Part shown: positions 49,925-64,000 of the stretch, one piece after another
Layout of the letters: every line of letters begins with the position of its first letter
Numbering within the stretch: position 1 is the first letter of the stretch
Assembly: GCF_001194135.2 (NCBI RefSeq)
Contig: NC_068989.1
Span: 80,976,375 to 81,040,374 of the forward strand
Length of the DNA: 64,000 nucleotides
Direction: 5' to 3'
DNA from: Octopus bimaculoides
Lineage: Eukaryota
Notes under the pieces: generated by a model
The model's input: the letters and a program-made list of their open reading frames with translations, nothing else
Databases searched by the model: none
What the model was told of the DNA's origin: nothing
Translations under genes and position numbers: made by a program

Positions 49925-50469
49925 TCAACACACACACCTATAAAAGGAAAATATACAAAGGAATATGCTACGTCAAGTAGTAGTAGTTCATTTCTAATCA
50001 TATGGTTTCAAGTTCAATCCCATTATGCTGCACATTTTCTATTATAGTTCTACCTGACCAATATCTCGTTGTGTGGAATTTTGTTGGAGTGTATATGTGA
50101 AGGAGCAGGACCTAGTGGTTAGGCTGTTGCACCCACAAGTACTAGATCATGGGTTCAATTCCCAGACCGGCAGCACTTTGTTTTCTTGAGCAAATCCCTT
50201 CATTTCACAGTGTTCCAGTCCCCATTTTGATCAGGGGTGAATGTTGGCCTGTTCATCTAGCCAGTGGGGTGGCATCATTTGAAGACCAAAACACTGCAAA
50301 GCACAGTGTGAACAGCAATGTGTAGCGACATCTGACAGTCTGGTTGGTATATGTATAAACATTTACTAATTTTTACACAAACCATTATTGTTTCGTATAT
50401 GTGATATTTATCCCACAAAATTTACATTCAAAATCCAAGTGATATATGGCTTGGCAGCCTTATTGACTG

Positions 50470-50760
50470 TTCCATATCACCCCGGGATTGAAGTATCCGG
50501 ACAGTACAACACCAGTTGCTGAGTGCCTTTTGGAGACACCAGACACACTGGCACATAGGGGATGCACAATATCCCTATCAATACAGGTTAGCCTCTGTTT
50601 TGCCATGGCCTCATCTCAGCCTGTCTATCTATGTCCATTGCTTTCTGGTCAGATTGTAGAAACTAGGTTGTAGGTCAGTGGGTTCCCCAACTTCTAGGAG
50701 GATGCTTCCTCTAGCCTTCTCTCTAGGCTTTCTTAATGTTTAAGTTTCCTTTTCTTGGTT
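50470..50760 (-). mobile_element. Decayed non-LTR retrotransposon C-terminal region (post-RT Cys motif)
   Basis: The minus strand reads EPTDLQPSFYNLTRKQWT*IDRLR*GHGKTEANLY**GYCASPMCQC. This fits the LxRKQWxxLNRLRTGHGR...WG...SPxCxC motif of LINE ORF2 C-termini and carries several stops. Confidence 0.7.
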
Positions 50761-53700
50761 TATAGAAAAAAGGCTGTCTTGATTTTAGTTGAGGTTGTGG
50801 GTGTTCTAGAACTGCACCAGTGTTTATAATCTTTTATATCTTGCAACACAGCAATTCAACAGAGATCAGTAAAATAAATGCTGACATCGATATGATTGAC
50901 TACACCCTTGACAGCAATGTCCTATTATGGCTGTGGTCCAATAAATGATACACACATACACACATACATATATATGGAAGAAGATTGCACTTGTATAAGA
51001 TATTCCCAATCCATGTTGTAAAGTGGCTGGTGATTGAAAGGGTATCCAGCCATTAAAAAAAACATATACCAAAAAGGAACAAAAACAAATGGAGATGTGG
51101 ACTCTGCAACCTGCAGTAAAGGCAGCCTACTTAGGGATGCATTAACTCAGAATTAAAACTGATATAGGTTAAAGAAAGTAATTTGCAGCATGATAAATAC
51201 ATCTGATCCATGCTGTAAAATGGATACCCTTCCTGGCAATAGGAAAGGGTATCCAGCCATAAATTTGGCAACAATACGACATACACAACAACAAAGGTTG
51301 GGGGCTTTCTTGTTGTGTATATTAGACGATAAATGACCGAAACAAACATTGAGATACTATACTGGAACAGACTCATTCAGGTATACCTGCGTGAAATGTG
51401 AAATGTTTCAAGATAACTTCAGCCTACCAGCTAGAAAAGGAAAAAATCTCTTTATGTCTATACAATACATGTATAAACACTTGTGTGTAAGTGTGATATG
51501 GGTGAAACAATGTATGATAGTTAAAGCTTGAGTTACTTAAAAGCTAATACAATGCAAAATGAAATGAAGGAATAAAAACAGAAGTGAGGAAGACAGAAAA
51601 AACAGTTTACATTTTACGTTATATTTTGATATTAGTGCCCCTTTGTCAGGACAAAATAGAGGGTGGTATTCCATCCTCCATTTTCTATTAAGAAAAGTGT
51701 AGGGTTTATCAACACTGGAATATCAGAATATAAAGTGAAAATTTTGTCTTCCTTCCTTCTGTCCTTTTATTCTTTTATTTCAATTTGCATTCTAATTTTT
51801 AACACACACACACATGTACATATTTAATGAATTTGAAACAAATACACAGATTTTACATATAAGGTGTACTCTCTATATCTACATTTACCCCCTATCCTGG
51901 TCACTCTAATAACCGCTTCTGGTCTTTCTATCATTGTTTCTTTTCTAAACACTGTATACAAGGCAACTCCCACTGCCATAGTCTACAGTTCCAATGTAAA
52001 GTGGTTGGCTAAATGAGTAGAGAATGTGTAAGGTTATGATGCCCTTCAAGTCCTGTCTCACTAAGGACTGTTCAACAGCTCTAATGATGGTGCCATAAAT
52101 AAATGTACCGCATATAGCCTGTAAAGTGGTTGGTATTAGGAAAGGCAACAAACTGTAAAAACCAAGACAGTGATACAAAAGAATATCTAGTTTCTGGGAA
52201 TTGTAGCTCTTAATAGAAGGAAACAAAGACTGTGACAACCCAACCAATTCATACCAACATATAAAGTGGATATAAAATTATGATAATGGACAAGCTAGTG
52301 ATTAGTCACAGAAAATACATCAATATTTACAGACAGACACACACTGTATATACTTATAAACACACACAATACACAAGAGTGTGTATATGATAAAGAATAC
52401 AAAGTCAGATTTGCAAATGACATATATTTTCCAAGTTAATAGCAGTCTAGTCAAAATCAAAATTAAATTTAGTGAACCTGTTAACCTTGCCATGAATAGC
52501 AACCAAGAATAAAAGCAGGTTGTATTCAGAGTACATCTCTCATGTACTGTCTCTTATGGAAAGAGTACAGTATTAGGATATAGAAGAACAAAATTTCACA
52601 GCCATATAAGTATCATCACTCACTGTAGGAAATACTGGCAGGTACTGGTGGTAACTCAAAAAAAAAAAACCACTCAAGAGAAGCAATGCATGTAAGAGGT
52701 ACAGTGACGTTTTTAGCAGACAGACATAGAACCAAGGATTTAGATGTACTATGTGAGAGCTTTCATGCAGTCACTCAACCCAATAGAAACAGTAGTTAAA
52801 TTTCTTGCAAATCCCACTACCATCATATTAAAAACGAATGATGCAGTGAAAAATAAAGCTCTAGATATATTATACTTGAATAAAAAAAATACAGGATAAA
52901 AGGCTCCAATGCCTTTCATCATAAGTCTGCTCAGCTCAGATTGATCTAGGATTAAGCACTAACATACGGTTAGTAGTAAAGTTAACCTATGAAACAAAAT
53001 CAACTTCTGATGTGAAAAAGTGACAAGAGTATGTGTGTCACAAATCTACCATAACAAGTTTACTAGTTAACACCTAACCCAATTTAAACTTTAAGTATTA
53101 AATTCTGGACAAACTGACACTAACAAAAAAACCAGAACTTTCATCTAGACCCAATTTGATATATGACCCATACAATCCCATAACCATAAAATCAACAGAT
53201 TATAGAAACAATTAAAACTAGGCTTAGATATATACCAGAAAATGGAAGAACTAACCCTACACAACTAAGGATACAATCAAGGTTTACACTGAAATGCTGA
53301 AGAATATAAAACTACAGAAAAGAACAACAAGCTAAAAAGGAAAAAAAAAATGAACATACAAACAGCTATATAAACACCACAATAACAACCAAAACTGACG
53401 AACATAGACAGTCCATCATCAGCCGCTCTCTCCAAAATCATTATGGTTTCGACACAACAGTGCCTTTCAATCAAATTGTGTAAAGAACATCAAAAAATAT
53501 ATTCCAAGACTACCTGGAAATTACTAAACATAGCATCAACACAAACAAGTAGCTGTGATAGAATAGTCTCCCACAGCATGTAAAACAATACATACCTTTC
53601 CAAACCAACTACATAAAAAGTGTTTATAATCAAACTGAAACAAATATATGATTAGCACCTGAAGCTCACAACACTAAATGACATTAAAATAAAGGGAATA

Positions 53701-53780
53701 AACAGATGATAGACTAGTGCTTATTATTATATATATATATATATATATTTCTAATACCCACTTTTCCTATGCTTCCATGG

Positions 53781-53818
<38 letters not shown>

Positions 53819-54609
53819 TAACAGTTATCTTTTTACACATGATATGTAGAAAACCTGACTGTCTTCCAGTTTCATCTCTCTTATCAGGGTTTTTTGTACC
53901 TTTGTATCAGACAATTTTTACTTATACAAGTTTTACAGCTGGAATTTGATAGTGTAACTCGAATGGTCAAAATACAAATTTGATGAAATGGAACTCTAAT
54001 GCTCTAGTAATCAAATCTCTGCATAAAGAACATTTTGGCTGTAAAGCCTGCATAAACAAAAGCTGCCCAGTATAAAAAGGGCTAGCAAAGTAATCAACAT
54101 TACGAAGACAGCTGAGAAAAGCTGATAAAAAAGAATTTTTAGTGTAAGGCTCTGAAATGTAGAAATGGGAAAAAACCCTAATAAAAAAAGATTAAATTGG
54201 AAAATAGTTGTTTTTGACCTATATTTGAAGTGGATGGTGTTAGGAAAGGCATCCAGCCATAGACACTATGCCAAAGCTGACAAAAGAGTTTGGTATAGTC
54301 CTCTGGCTTACCAGCTTTTGTCATGGAAAACGGATGTTAAATGATGATATATATATATTTTTATATGTATAGATATATATATATTTATATATTGTGTCGT
54401 ACATTATATATATATATATATATATATATTTCATATACACACACATACAGTCCAGAGGAAGGAATGAATGCAAGAGGTAGCTGAAGTGAAAATATATTGC
54501 ATAACCAAAGAAAGGATTTGAAGAAAAGAAAAATAATTCAGAGAGTTATTTTGTCTGTTGATAAGGTATATCTCTCTCCAACTAGAGTGCAAGACAGCAG
54601 GAAGTGTTT

Positions 54610-54870
54610 GTAAGTGAGAAAATTAGACAACAAATGCAATAGATATGTGAAGAGTGGACAGAAATGAATTAAGTATGGTCTGTTGTATTTGTACTGTTGA
54701 GTTACACAAAGGGACTTAAAGGCATCGGCCACTGTGCATAAGGAAGATGGTTGCACTAGTAGGGTTGTGTGGTGATGCTAATACCAAGTGAAAAACTGGT
54801 GATAGTGGAAGACAATCATGACAAAAATAAAACCCAAGAAGAACATGGAAAGAAGTGGTGACATCACAAC
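54610..54870 (+). mobile_element. Highly degenerate RTE-type LINE 3' fragment
   Basis: aagtatggtctgttg...tggaagacaatcatgacaaaaataaaacccaagaagaacatggaaagaagtgg resembles the RTE 3' fragments at 6940 and 8480. Confidence 0.5.
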
Positions 54871-55654
54871 TCACTATGGTGATATGCCATCCTGCAAACC
54901 CGTCCAACATAATCCTGCATGAAAAATGGACATTAAACACTGAGTATGTGTGCGTGTGTGTATGTATATACATACATACATGTGTAATTACACACACATT
55001 TACAAATTATCAACATTAATTTTTTTCCCCTTCCTCTACTCCAATTGTGTAGGATATTTGATTCTATATCAATAAAATATCATTATGCTAATATTAGTTT
55101 CCTTAAGCAAATATAAAGGAAGATTTAACTAAACAAAATTGCATCATGCAGTCTTAAATTTAAAAGTAATTGATCTTTTTAAAAAAATTTCTTTAATTGT
55201 GATGATCTTTAATAAGGTTTCAATATTCTGAAGAGAAATAATATGGTCAAAATACAATATAATTTAATCAATACGGTTATCAATAAAAATAGTTGCTGTC
55301 AGATCCACAACTGCTATTTCAAATTAATTATCTCGATCTCTGTTTACCAAACAGTGGGTTCATGAAGTGAACTACTGGTTTATTAAATGGATTAAGATGA
55401 AGATAATTGATAAAAAAAAACAGCAGATAACATTTGAAGGAAAATATAAAAAAAGATAGTAAAGAAATATCAAATCCAGATGAGAGCATAACACAGCAAA
55501 ATTGTTAATAAGAAAAACAAAGAAATAATTACTTTAGTAGAGTAATTGTTCAACTAAAATGCAATTTTAGATGAATAAATTTATTATAAACTTTCGTACT
55601 TGCTAAAATGTTTAGGAAAAGGAGATTATTAAATATGACAAACTTAGCACCATT

Positions 55655-55945
55655 CAAGTGTGGTCGATACCAGTGCTGCCTGACTGGCACCCATGCTGGT
55701 GGCATGTAAAAAGCACCATTCAAGCATGGTCAATGTCAGTGCCACCTGACTGGCACCCATGCTGGTGGTACGTAAAAAGCACCCACTACACTCTTGGAGT
55801 TGTTGGTGTTAGGAAGGGCATCCAGCTGTAGAAACCTTGCCAGATCAGACTGGAGCCTGATGCAGCCTCCTCGCTTGCCAGTCTTCAGTCAAACTGTCCA
55901 ACCCATGCCAGCATGGAAGGCAGACGTTAAACGACGATGATGACA
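55655..55945 (+). mobile_element. Family B repeat with duplicated 5' module
   Basis: ctgactggcacccatgctggtgg occurs twice, then the core and gttaaacgacgatgatga. Confidence 0.87.
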
Positions 55946-56589
55946 AAACTTGGCTTTATCATGATATTTTCTATCTCAGAAGAAATAGAGGTCATGTGCA
56001 CTATTCAAACTTTCTGAAATTCCATTACTAAATCTTGGACACACTATTATGTGTGATAGTAGAGAGCTAACCCATTAAGTTATTGGAGCACTACACAAGA
56101 CTTAATCTAGGGTAAATCAGCTTATCGAAAACTCCTTTTCTTCTAAACAATCCTTGCAAAAGAGGGTATTTGAAATTTAAGTGTTTTATCCTTTCACATA
56201 AAACCAACAACCTCTTGACTGGCCTCTCCAGAACTTTATCAATGTAACATCTGTGGCCTCAGTGCTTATTACATTTGGGAATATATAAAGCAAACCAGAA
56301 TATAAGAGGAAGGAAAACAAGTTTTGCAGATTAGAACTAAAGGCTAGAATGTATTTTGATATGGGAATTTTGGCATTTAGATTAGAAGGAACTATATTGT
56401 TTCTTTTGTCTCGTTAAGAAAAACCATTAATTTAATTAGAACACATGGCTGAGGAAAATGTAAAACAAATATATGCAATGAAACTCCAATGGTAACATAT
56501 TTAATGCAAGGAGCATTAAAAAGCTATTCTTATAAGCTATTTTCTTTTCTACAATGAATTTCCATAGGATATCAGACCAAACAATGTGG

Positions 56590-56770
56590 AGATGCATGGC
56601 TTAGTGGTTAGGGTGTTGGACTCATGATTGCAAGATTGTGGTTTTGATTCCTGGACTGGGTAATGTGCTGTGTTCTTGAGCAAAACTCTTCATTTCACAT
56701 TGCTCCAGTCCACTCAGGTGGGAAAAATGAGTAATCCTGCAATGGACCAGTGTCCTGTCCAGGGAGGAAT
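56590..56770 (+). mobile_element. tRNA-derived SINE, family C
   Basis: catggcttagtggttagggtgttggactc...gattcctggactgg...gtgttcttgagcaaaac...tggaccagtgtcctgtccaggg. Related copies at 4695-4830 (+), 10690-10915 (-) and 50103-50345 (+). Confidence 0.8.
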
Positions 56771-58190
56771 ATATATATATATATATATATATATANNNNN
56801 NNNNNNNNNNNNNNNNNNNNNNNNNNNNNNNNNNNNNNNNNNNNNNNNNNNNNNNNNNNNNNNNNNNNNNNNNNNNNNNNNTATATATATGTACATGTGT
56901 AAAATATGTTTTATATATATATAGAGAGAGACACACACACACACACATATATATACATACATACATACACATCTAATAAAAAAAATAAAGAACCTTCACA
57001 TGTACTTTTACAATCAACCTTAACAGTTCTTTTTTTTTTTTTTAGTTGGCAAGAATGTTTTTTGCATAGTTAATCCACTCTATGAAACACTAAAGGGAAA
57101 TATATAAAAGTGATATTCTTAATTCAAGTCTATAATTTATACAAATTATGTAATTATTTTGTGTAGATACTTATAAAGTCTACTTTTCTACACAATTTTT
57201 TAGTGCAGTCTTTAACTCTTTAGAAAAATGCTACCATTGGCAAAATGAGACCGATGGAAGTATGGCAAAAAATGGCGAGGTCAGATCTTAAGATGTTGGT
57301 TTCACAGATGCTGTGACATAGGATGAAGATGGGCAACAATATGGAACACTAGTGGCCTGTCCAACCAATTCTAGCTTTAAAAATAGATATCAAAATACAG
57401 TCTCTCCACTCTAGTTTCAAATTATTTTACTTTTTGCAATGATTTAAATAGGACAAATGTTTACAATATATTTCCTCTTGGTGTTGAAATCATTATATAC
57501 TATTCATTACTTGATTATTTCATAAAAATGTTAACAAGTTTCTTTCTACTTTTAATGTGATATTCATACAAAGTCAGAGCTGGTCAAATTTATAGGGTTT
57601 GAGACACCTTGGTTGGTAAGATAAATGTTTCATATTTTATCTTCAACTATTTGCAAGTCCAAGATATCTAACCTTTAAAACAACCAGTTGTAAACAGGTG
57701 AAATGGATAGATAAAACTGACCACTGCAAAACTATGTAGAATTAAAGTGCATTCTAACAATTTACAGTGATGTGTTCAAGCCATTCAATGGGCCTAGATA
57801 AGATAACCCCCCCAGCACTGAACTCTGGACACACATCTTCATTTTTATTGAAGGGGGTGGGGTTCTAACCCACCATTAGATTCAGGTTGCATTGAATGGT
57901 TTGAGCAAAACAGCCTAACTTGCATGAAATTCATTCGAAACAAACATCCAGCATCAAGTGGCTATCTTATTTAACAACCAGAGATTTTACAATACTGTTA
58001 ATATTTGCTTTGCATTATTCTTAGCTACAAGAAACTGAGTTATATATTCAGAACTAGACAGGTTCTTAGCTGTAGATACAAAACTTTTTCTTGTTTGCAC
58101 AAGATATTTGACATCACAAAACCTAAGTGCACTGTGATATGAAATACTTTCTTTTCTTCCAGATAATCATAATAAACTATATACTCTAAA

Positions 58191-58333
58191 TCAGTGCTTC
58201 CTGAAATGTTCTAAAACAATTTTCACTTCTTTCAAGGTCTCATTAAAATCAGGGTGGTGTGGGTGTCCACAGAATACAAATGGAAAAATGTATAGCAGTT
58301 TCGATTCCCTGCAAAAAGTTTGGAAACTACTAC
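58191..58333. mobile_element. Possible degenerate hAT-type MITE
   Basis: Ends CAGTGCTTCCTGAA...TTTGGAAACTACTA resemble CAGTGGTTCCCAA-type TIRs. The 8-bp flanks ctctaaat and cttcaaac are only partly alike. Confidence 0.35.
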
Positions 58334-60464
58334 TTCAAACTTTCTATATATACAATTTATAATTTAGTCAGGGAAGAGAAGTAATGTCCATGAGACTAGC
58401 TATCTTAGATTGGGATTAATGTAATTATAGGTGAAATTGCCGTAATTAATCAGTTGATCATACATATGCAGTAAATAATTGGTGTTCAAATTATGAATAT
58501 ATATGTATATATTCAAATTTTGTACATATAAATATATTTAAAAATCTTTTTTTAACCTTATAGCTACTCTAAAATACCATGGCAATGCGTGACCCAAACT
58601 GTGTAGAAGCCTGTCAGATAGATTGAACCTTGAGCAATACCATAGTCAACAAAAACTGGCTTAGTCCACAGTGTTATGCTGATTCTGTCTCTGGATTATG
58701 TTGACTTGTACATGTCTGTGGAATGCTCAGCCACCTACATGCTAATTCAGGTGAGAAAAGCTCATTATCAAAGCTGACAGAGATCCATTTATTTACTTTA
58801 CACACCTATTCATTTATGCATTTTAGTTCCCAAATAGATATTTTCACCAGACCTGTATCACACTATATTTAGAAGTTCTAAGATTTCTAAACAATATCCT
58901 TAGTCTTGAGAATATTTTTGTTCAACATTGAAAAGTTTTATAGTTAATTCACTCTATGAAATACTAAACAGAAATATATAAAAGACTGAAATCCTTAATT
59001 TAAGTCCATAATTTATACAGATTATGTAATTAATGTAAATATTTATTAAGCAAAAGCCTTGTTGGCATAACAGCTTTAAGATATTGCACTTCTTACTCAA
59101 AAATTTAAGACATGCTTCATTAACCATGCTTTATTGTTATTATTAAGAATAAAGAAGCATCCAGTTTGTAAACCATTTTGTATGTCATAATTTGCATAAC
59201 CAACTAACAACCATGCTAGCAAGAGACTTTCTGAAGGTTATTAATCAGAACATTCCATATTTGAGGACCATAATTTGTCTTTACCTATAATTGTCTCCAT
59301 TCTGGTACCATATAAACATCCCTAGTGGTATCACAAAGACCAAAATGATTTCTAGCAGGTAGTGATTTGAGAAAGAAAACAATGTTTTAATCCAATGCAT
59401 CTCAAGATGATTAATATGAAAGCTATTACAAATTATGTCTATTTTTTGCAGGGAGTAAGGGAACATTTCAACTATATTTCACTCATATTAATAAAGATGT
59501 CATCTAAGTTTGTCTAGCTTATATGTCTTTTGAAGCTACTTTATTTAAACAAATAGAAGTATTTTGGATTAAGTCACAGGGATATAAATGCTTTGTATGG
59601 CACTGAGGAGTGAATCTCCCAAAACAGTTTAAACACATTAACAGTTAAACAAAATGGAAGTTTGAAAACACACACACACACGTATTAATTTTATTTTTAA
59701 ATAACTTGTCGAAACAATAAAGTTATTTTTGAAAATTCTGAATCAATCATCAAGAATAACTGCTAGTTAACATCATCAAGAGAGCCTTACATTAATATCA
59801 GATCAAAAAGCTTTTAATTTGGGAATATAGTTTATAATGTGAATGCTGATTTTTAACTGTTCCATAGATCAGTAACAAACATTCAACTTATAACAAGATG
59901 AAAAATTAAAGCACTTATACGAAATATTTTAAAACAATAATTCCAGATAAGATCAATGCGAAAAAACATAAAATGAAAAGGAATGTACTAGTATATACAT
60001 TACATTTCAACAAAGGCACTTTTCTAAACAAATGAGTTTCTAACTGCACTAATCAATAATAACATTTTGAAATTTATTAACATTATCATTTTTAATTGAA
60101 AGTCACATGTGTCTGAGTCATAAGGGCACTAGCATACTAAATGGTATTTAGCTTTATCACTGCCAAAATACTTAACTAATTGATGCCACAGCAGACATAG
60201 CTATCATGAAAAAAGAACATTGTTGAAAGTATAAATCTTGAGCAGTCGCCAAATATCAGCTTTGAATGTGGACTATCAGGACAAATGAGATAAAACTCCA
60301 ATAAATTGATATACCTATCCAAGAAGATAGTGTTTCTTGATCAACCAACACCATGAAAATTGGGATAAGTTCAAGTACACAGTAACAATTTTAGTAACAG
60401 AAATAGATGAGCAATCTATTTAGTAACAACAATCCTTTTCTATTATAGGTACAAGGGTTGAAAT

Positions 60465-60650
60465 TTTGGGGGAGAGGGTTAGTTGATTACATTGACCCCA
60501 GTGTTCCACTGGTACTTATTTCACTGATCCTCAAAAGATGAAAGGCAAAGTTGCCCTTGGTAGAATTTGAACACAGAACATAAAGAAGGATGAAATATAG
60601 CCAAGTATTTTACTTGGAATGCTAATGATTCAGCCAGCTTGCCATCTTAA
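60465..60650 (+). mobile_element. Short interspersed repeat, family E
   Basis: ttgaccccagtgttccactggtacttatttcactgatcctcaaaagatgaaaggcaaagttgccc. Related copies near 35310-35470 (-), 37940-38080, 38135-38290, 40190-40370 and 62480-62640. Confidence 0.7.
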
Positions 60651-63600
60651 CAACAATAATAATAGGATGAGCACATATGAGATATGTTTCACACAATCCT
60701 TATTCGACTTGTCATGAAGATCTTTATATTTGGCATTTGCTGACACAGGAGAGTTCTGGAGGACTAAGTGCTTATTGACCATTGATTTCATGTAAAGTGA
60801 ATGGAAGCTATATTTTTTGTCGCTTCTAATTTCTAGCCACAGTCCCATATCTAGAACTGGTAGCCTTTTTTGTTGGGTAATGACTAATATTTTCTTAAAC
60901 TACTTTAAAATAAAACTTTTAAAAAAATAAAACCAAAGAAAATATGTAGACAAGTTACATTTAGTGTCCACCACTTTCTCATATAGAAAAATTTATGATT
61001 ATAATAATAATGTGTTTGAAGTTGCATTTTCTGTAGAGTAAACAGATGGCAGAATCAGCAGAGTTTAAAACAAAATGCTTTGATATACAGTTACGTCCCT
61101 TTATGTTTGTTCTAAGTTAAATCCTGTTAAAAGAAAGCTTCAGCTAAATACTGGAGTCAATATAACTCACTATACCACCCTACACAGCACAAAGTTAGAA
61201 GCTCATATCAGAGACAGTGGACAGAAATAACTCTATCCAAGGCTGAAAATCATGAGGCCATTTCAGTTTACAAGTTTATCCTTTCACTTTCTATACACTG
61301 CCATTAGCTACAATAAAATTCAATTTAAACAAGGATGTGTTACACTCCACTGTACATTTTAAATAACTGGGATAAAGATCAAGTAATATTGAATATGTGG
61401 TGAATTATGTGGTAAATTTTTTTTATCATAAGAAAGTAAGGCAAGTAATTCTAGGCATTAATTAAAGTTGGGAGTGTCTTCAACAAAAGTCTAATTTTAC
61501 CATATGTGATGTAGTGTCAGTAATTTTTGAAATTTTGTTAGATGCAACACGCAACTACTTCTAACATAAGAATATTTTAAAAACTAATTCAAGAAATAAC
61601 TATTACTGTAAGCTTTGTCTTGAAATAACTCTTTTTAAATAAACTTCAAAAATCTGTGTTACACAATAAAGTCATTGTTCCTTGTGATGAACACTGATTT
61701 TAGCACTCGAATAGATTTACAGTTAAATATGAGCTTAATAGCCAGTGATGAAAACGAAAATATTACTAATAAAAGTGGTAAGAATAGTAACATTTTGAAA
61801 ATTAATGAATAATTAAATGGATTTTATAATTGTTAATATACAGCAGAAATGTAACAATGTAGCACAAAGTGTACAGAAACCTTGCAAAAACAAATACTTC
61901 CACATTAATTCTTAAATTACTCTCACTCTATTGTTTTAGGTGGGCATCTGGAAAATAGAGTTGTAACAATTGGCTTACAGATCCACTGAGACCTTACAAG
62001 ATAATTCATATGCAATTTCTCTGTGCAAGCTGAACATCCATCTATTTTCACCACCTAGAGAAGAGAGTCCTCAGGCACCTCTTCCATAGGACCCTATCAG
62101 AAACGATCATCAACAAGCTTTTCCAGCTGAATTCCCAAGCATGACCAACTGAGATTATGGATATAATCCAAACTGAACACAATGTATATAAATCAAACAA
62201 AGAGTTTCTAAAATCCTACATTTTGTTGCACTGCAATGAAGGAAACATAACAGGAAAGTGAAGAATGTCTTGACTTGGTTAGAGAACTGATAAAGCTGTG
62301 AGATATGCAAGTGACAGTCATCTCTAATGCCTTGGAAGAACTGGGAACAATATATATAAAAAGAGAGATACTGAAAATTAAAACAGGATAGATGTTGGAA
62401 ACTGTCATAATCTCAAGAAACAATTAACATGATTATGTTATAATAATAACATAAATTTTTAACAAGTATCAAGTTTACAAATTCTTAGAGGACATCTATT
62501 TTATCAATCTTAGAAAGATTGAAGGTAAATTTGATTTGGACAAGATTTTAACTCAGAACAAATAAAGTACAGAATAAACCTCTACAAAGTGCTTTGCCTG
62601 CTGCTCCACCAATCTTACCATTTAGCAAATGTTGCATTTGCTGTTATTTCCTACATCTACAATTACTAAAATTACTGTAAATGCAACCAGAATAGTAATG
62701 GTGAACCATAGTCTTATATCAATTAGAGGAACTATTTAAAAGATTGAGAAGGAGGATGGGGAATAAAATGAAGAAAATGAATTTGAAAATACAAACAAAA
62801 CAGATTTATAGAGAAACTATATCCCATGAGATAAATAATAAATGAAACACTTGTCTTCTGAGAAAGAGAAAACTACATTTATATATTCAGAGGAGATTGT
62901 ATGTGGAGATATGTTAACAAATGTACCAAAAGAACTACATAAAGAAAAAAAAAACTTACACTAGATCTAAACACAAAGCCTCATTGACAGGATTGATTTC
63001 TTTTTTAAACAGATGCTGTATAACAAACCCATCCAACCCATGCTCAGTAAAATAAAACTGTTGTTATAATAATTAAAATGATGACAATACAGCAAGAAAT
63101 GTGAGAATATTATTAGTATACTTAAATGTTAATGAGAAAAATAATCAAGATTGACTTCAAGAATTCCTGTTTAATGTGTTTACGGAAGAAACAAAATTAT
63201 AGAAAGAAAATTTGCTTGAGCTAAAACAAAAAAAAAAAAGGAAACATTATGTGAAAGGCAGTTCAAACTGAGAGGAGGAATGTTTTCCCCCATGAATGAG
63301 GTAATCCATGAAAATTCAGATAAGATCGATGAGATATTTATTTAAAAACTGAAATATAGTAAATTTTTTTAATAAATTTTCTCATTAAATACAGTAAAAA
63401 AAAAAAATTTTTTTTTAAAATCAATTTTCTATATATATAATTGTATGTCTTTAATAGAAAATTTTTAAACAATGGAGAATAGTTAGAATATATAAATAAT
63501 TTGATGTAAGGAAAAAAAAAAGTCCAGCTGCTAATAGAGTAAATGTTATTGAGGCTTATTAGTGCAGAGAAAGGCGAAAAGCAGGTGTGTTAACAGAGCC

Positions 63601-63769
63601 AAAGAGATGTAAGCAAAATAGAAAATAGCTATGTTTAATAGTGAATGAGCAAAGCATGATTTATAACAAATTGCATTTTTACATAATTAACAACCTCGAG
63701 CTTTAAAAGAAAGAATAGTGAATTTAGGCCAAAAGTAATCAACAATTTTTGTCATATATGTCTCATACA

Positions 63770-63788
63770 TACATACATACATACACAC

Positions 63789-63819
<31 letters not shown>

Positions 63820-64000
63820 CATATATATATACATATACATATATATATACATATATATATATACATATATATATACATATACATATATATATACATATAC
63901 ACACATATATATATATATACATATATATACATATATATATACATATACACATATATATATATATATATACATATATATACATATATATATATACATATAT
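63770..64000. repeat. Compound (TA)n/(CATA)n microsatellite
   Basis: Direct reading; it produces the YI-repeat ORFs at the end of the window. Confidence 0.95.

Noticed and set aside
51384-51432. Minus-strand acceptor/donor pair (ttttctag|...GCAG|gtatac) enclosing 44 nt
   Set aside because: All three frames contain stops. It could be a poison exon, but nothing else supports that.
60630-60848. 72-aa minus-strand ORF in unique-looking sequence as a possible upstream DPF exon
   Set aside because: It shows no similarity to the requiem domain or the DPF C2H2 finger, has no clear splice sites, and its end runs into a family E repeat.

Overview
Eukaryotic, AT-rich, scaffold-level sequence with many N gaps and dense (AT)n/(AC)n/(AG)n/(ATC)n microsatellites. 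The SINE, RTE-LINE and Tc1/mariner content looks like an octopus (coleoid cephalopod) genome; this is inferred from repeat recognition, not a database match. Two convergent spliced genes are supported. (1) Minus strand: the 3' half of a DPF/d4 (BAF45-type, requiem family) gene. Four double-PHD exons splice in frame (32704-32579, 30974-30862, 26070-25989, 25267-25200), and a 48-nt phase-1 exon lies at 42971-42924. The requiem and C2H2 5' exons were not found and probably lie beyond 64000 or in gaps. (2) Plus strand: an unrecognised gene (coding exons 12100-12441 and 16965-17383) whose product carries about five copies of an R-x-x-x-E/A...[RK]G-x-M-x-x-L-L motif. The most striking observation is a candidate alternative last exon of DPF (33301-33108). 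It has a phase-compatible acceptor and encodes a C2H2 finger plus an AT-hook, so it would replace the histone-reading double PHD. Other points of interest are minimal hammerhead-ribozyme-like motifs in Penelope-like repeats, a 67-nt pre-miRNA-sized hairpin in the DPF intron, a minisatellite with palindromic units, and a long repeat-free U-rich region that may be the DPF 3' UTR. Most entries in the ORF track are microsatellite or gap artefacts.
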